Positions 62,295 through 64,000 of a DNA stretch of 64,000 bases are shown piece after piece. Within the stretch, counting starts at the first letter, position 1, and each line of letters starts with the position of its first letter. The DNA is taken from positions 2,121 to 66,120 of the forward strand of contig JACRAK010000007.1 in the NCBI GenBank assembly GCA_016234725.1, given 5' to 3'. The DNA is from Candidatus Azambacteria bacterium (GTDB lineage: Bacteria > Patescibacteriota > Minisyncoccia > GWC2-36-17 > WO2-46-25). The notes under the pieces were generated by a model that did not search any database, was not told the DNA's origin, and was given only the letters and a program-made list of their open reading frames with translations. Both the position numbers and the translations under genes were made by a program.

Positions 62295-63208
62295 CCCCGC
62301 GGCCGAACAAGCGGCTCGGCCAAAATTTCCTCGTCAACCGCGGGATCATCGAGAAGATCATCGCCGCGGCCGCGCTTGAAAAAACAGATACCGTACTCGA
62401 GGTCGGCCCCGGGCACGGCGCGCTCACGCTTGAACTCGCTCAAAAAGCGGAGAGGGTCATCGCAATAGAAAAAGACAGGGGACTCGCAGAAATCCTGCGC
62501 GCAAAATTGGCTGAAAAAAAGATTGCGAACGTCGAAATTATCGAAGGCGACATCCTCGTGTTTCTTTCTACTCGCTACTCGCTACTGCCTACTCGCTACT
62601 GCGTCGTCGCCAATATCCCGTACTATCTCACCTCCGCGCTCATCCGCCAATTGCTTGAACTCGCGCATCCGCCGGAGCGCATCATTCTCACCATTCAAAA
62701 AGAAGTCGCCCAGCGCATCGCGGCGCACGGCGGTAAAGAAAGCATTCTTTCGCTCGCGGTGAAATTTTACGCGGACGCACAGATCCTTTTTTACGTTTCG
62801 CGCGGCTCGTTCTCGCCATCACCCAACGTGGACTCCGCGGTGATAGAAATAATCCCGCGAAAAGAAAAGCAGGCCGTCGCGCCCGAAGTGTTTTTTACCG
62901 TCGTAAAAGCGGGGTTCTCGGCGCCGCGCAAAAAACTACTCGGCAATCTTGCAAAAGGATTATCCATAGAAAAAGAGAAAATTGCGGCGATGTTCGCACG
63001 GCTCGGCGTGGATGCGGATGTCCGCTCCGAGCAGCTTTCGCTCGCCCAATGGCTCGCCCTTGCCCCCGCACTTATGTATGGGCGTGAGGGCTTGCCCCGT
63101 AGAAGCACTTCGGCTGCCGCAAAGCGGCAAAAAGACGTAGTCAGCCGAAGTCCTCTATCGGGGCTTGCGCGATCAAGTAAAAAAGATATACTGAAAGCAA
63201 ATAATTAA
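62291..63208 (+). CDS. rsmA: 16S rRNA (adenine1518/1519-N6)-dimethyltransferase RsmA/KsgA, with GTAG-repeat-derived codons in-frame and a ~25-aa C-terminal extension over a hairpin element
   Basis: RLGQNFLVN...VLEVGPGHGALT...VVANIPYY. Confidence 0.8.
   Translation: MTPRPNKRLGQNFLVNRGIIEKIIAAAALEKTDTVLEVGPGHGALTLELAQKAERVIAIEKDRGLAEILRAKLAEKKIANVEIIEGDILVFLSTRYSLLPTRYCVVANIPYYLTSALIRQLLELAHPPERIILTIQKEVAQRIAAHGGKESILSLAVKFYADAQILFYVSRGSFSPSPNVDSAVIEIIPRKEKQAVAPEVFFTVVKAGFSAPRKKLLGNLAKGLSIEKEKIAAMFARLGVDADVRSEQLSLAQWLALAPALMYGREGLPRRSTSAAAKRQKDVVSRSPLSGLARSSKKDILKANN
62563..62610. repeat. GTAG-repeat copy lying in-frame in rsmA (tctactcgctactcgctactgcctactcgctactgc, encoding STRYSLLPTRYC)
   Basis: same ctactcgctactcg motif as the intergenic copies. 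Confidence 0.7.
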
Positions 63209-63220
63209 TACGACACCATT

Positions 63221-63433
63221 ATGGGTAACAAAAATTTTGAATCATTTCCTGAAGCACCGGCGGAGGACGGAGAAAACAACAAGGAAGAAGCTGAAGCCGT
63301 CAGGGAGGGGGAAATAGGAACGGAAGAAAAGGTACTCCCGGAAACGCCGGATGAGCTACAAGAAATGGACCCGGAAGCATTAGAGTCATTCAAAGGAGTC
63401 CCGGAAGCTCCGCTGGAAGAGGACGAGGCGTAA
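63221..63433 (+). CDS. small acidic protein (70 aa; E/P-rich)
   Basis: ORF-track entry; low complexity. Confidence 0.35.
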   Translation: MGNKNFESFPEAPAEDGENNKEEAEAVREGEIGTEEKVLPETPDELQEMDPEALESFKGVPEAPLEEDEA

Positions 63434-63496
63434 CCGCTTTATTTATTCGCATAATTACCCAGAAAACACGCCTTCCTGGCGTGTTTTTGTTTGTTT

Positions 63497-63564
63497 TGAC
63501 CCCGCTACAACCTCATCGATACCCTCATTTCTGTTGGGAGCTAAGGCGAAGCCGCCTTACGGCT
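63497..63564 (+). repeat. structured repeated intergenic element copy 2 (tgaccccgctacaacctcatcgat ... gctaaggcgaagccgccttacggct)
   Basis: shares the 5' block and the exact 25-mer hairpin with 53541-53655; followed by a strong promoter (TTGACT-17-TATAAT). Confidence 0.6.
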
Positions 63565-63702
63565 CTTCCTGTTGCGTTAGTTTCTTGAAACCGCTAGGCC
63601 TCACATTGACTTTTTAGCTGTTTTTTTGTATAATAGCAATGCAAAAAATAAGGCTTCGATAAGCATTTCACCTTAAAAATTCAATAATAAAAGGGGGACG
63701 AA

Positions 63703-64000
63703 ATGAAAAAGGTAGTGATTTTCCTTGTTTTTCTTGTTTTAAGTGTCGTGGGGTGCGGCGCAATGGAACAAATCATCATAACAGACCCCTCTCATCTCCT
63801 CGTTCTTTTCGAGGCCTCGCCAAAAACATCATACGACCCGGGGGAATACGAATATGAGATTGAAGGAGCAATAAATGTTGAAATGAAGCCCGGGCAGAGC
63901 ATTGAAAGAAATATGGCGTGCGTGGGGGATTTCGAGATCAGGGTCCACGCCTACAAGGTCGTCGGAAGAACCGCTTCCGGAAAAGCCGCGAGGGAATACA
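63703..64000 (+). CDS. probable lipoprotein, 3' partial at the window edge
   Basis: MKKVVIFLVFLVLSVVGC lipobox-like signal; AGGGGGA SD. Confidence 0.5.
   Translation, partial: MKKVVIFLVFLVLSVVGCGAMEQIIITDPSHLLVLFEASPKTSYDPGEYEYEIEGAINVEMKPGQSIERNMACVGDFEIRVHAYKVVGRTASGKAAREY

Noticed and set aside
1-64000. Alternative genetic code (UGA recoding, as in some candidate phyla)
   Set aside because: Housekeeping genes (pepA, pnp, pilB, uvrD, comM) are full-length with standard stops and show no in-frame TGA interruptions

Overview
This 64 kb window looks like a chromosomal segment from a small-genome, probably episymbiotic (Candidate Phyla Radiation-like) bacterium. It appears to use the standard genetic code and is densely coding on both strands. 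I ran no database searches: every call below comes from reading the supplied six-frame translations and the nucleotide sequence, and protein family names are recognised from motifs only.

Main contents in order:
- pepA.
- An IS200-like REP-associated tyrosine transposase (RAYT) with four copies of its palindromic REP.
- A 2424-aa Gly-rich, Kelch and Fn3 repeat surface protein.
- A HEPN/MNT/RHH module.
- yraN abutting an unusual array of tRNA-Ala halves, and a tRNA-Pro locus 800 bp away with the same architecture.
- The CCA-adding enzyme.
- tRNA-Arg with a duplicated 3' end.
- Several two-component genes: three standalone receiver proteins, two histidine kinases, a HAMP sensor and a V4R protein.
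- An O-antigen-ligase-like (Wzy_C) gene.
- Two type IV pilus clusters: pilin, a PilD-like protein, pilB, pilC, pseudopilins, a PilX-like protein, a PilM-PilN fusion and a PilO-like protein.
- A repeat-rich adhesin-like protein, a beta-lactamase-like hydrolase, a ParDE pair inserted into a methyltransferase gene, and a 1193-aa RCC1-repeat + lytic-transglycosylase protein.
- xerD-like recombinase, rpsO, a NYN gene, pnp, a 1 kb non-coding hub, a DksA-like gene, comM, a LysM-M23 peptidase, uvrD/pcrA and rsmA.

The most interesting signals are:
- The tRNA half-gene arrays at 12263-12520 and 13056-13240.
- Hairpin-flanked IVS-type cassettes carrying four-helix-bundle and GxxExxY genes inside operons, one fused in-frame to a pseudopilin.
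- Several short dispersed repeat families that also sit in-frame inside cca and rsmA.
- Four copies of an 11-mer DnaA box.
- The 1 kb non-coding hub, which holds a 25-aa Cys-rich mini-ORF and candidate small RNAs.
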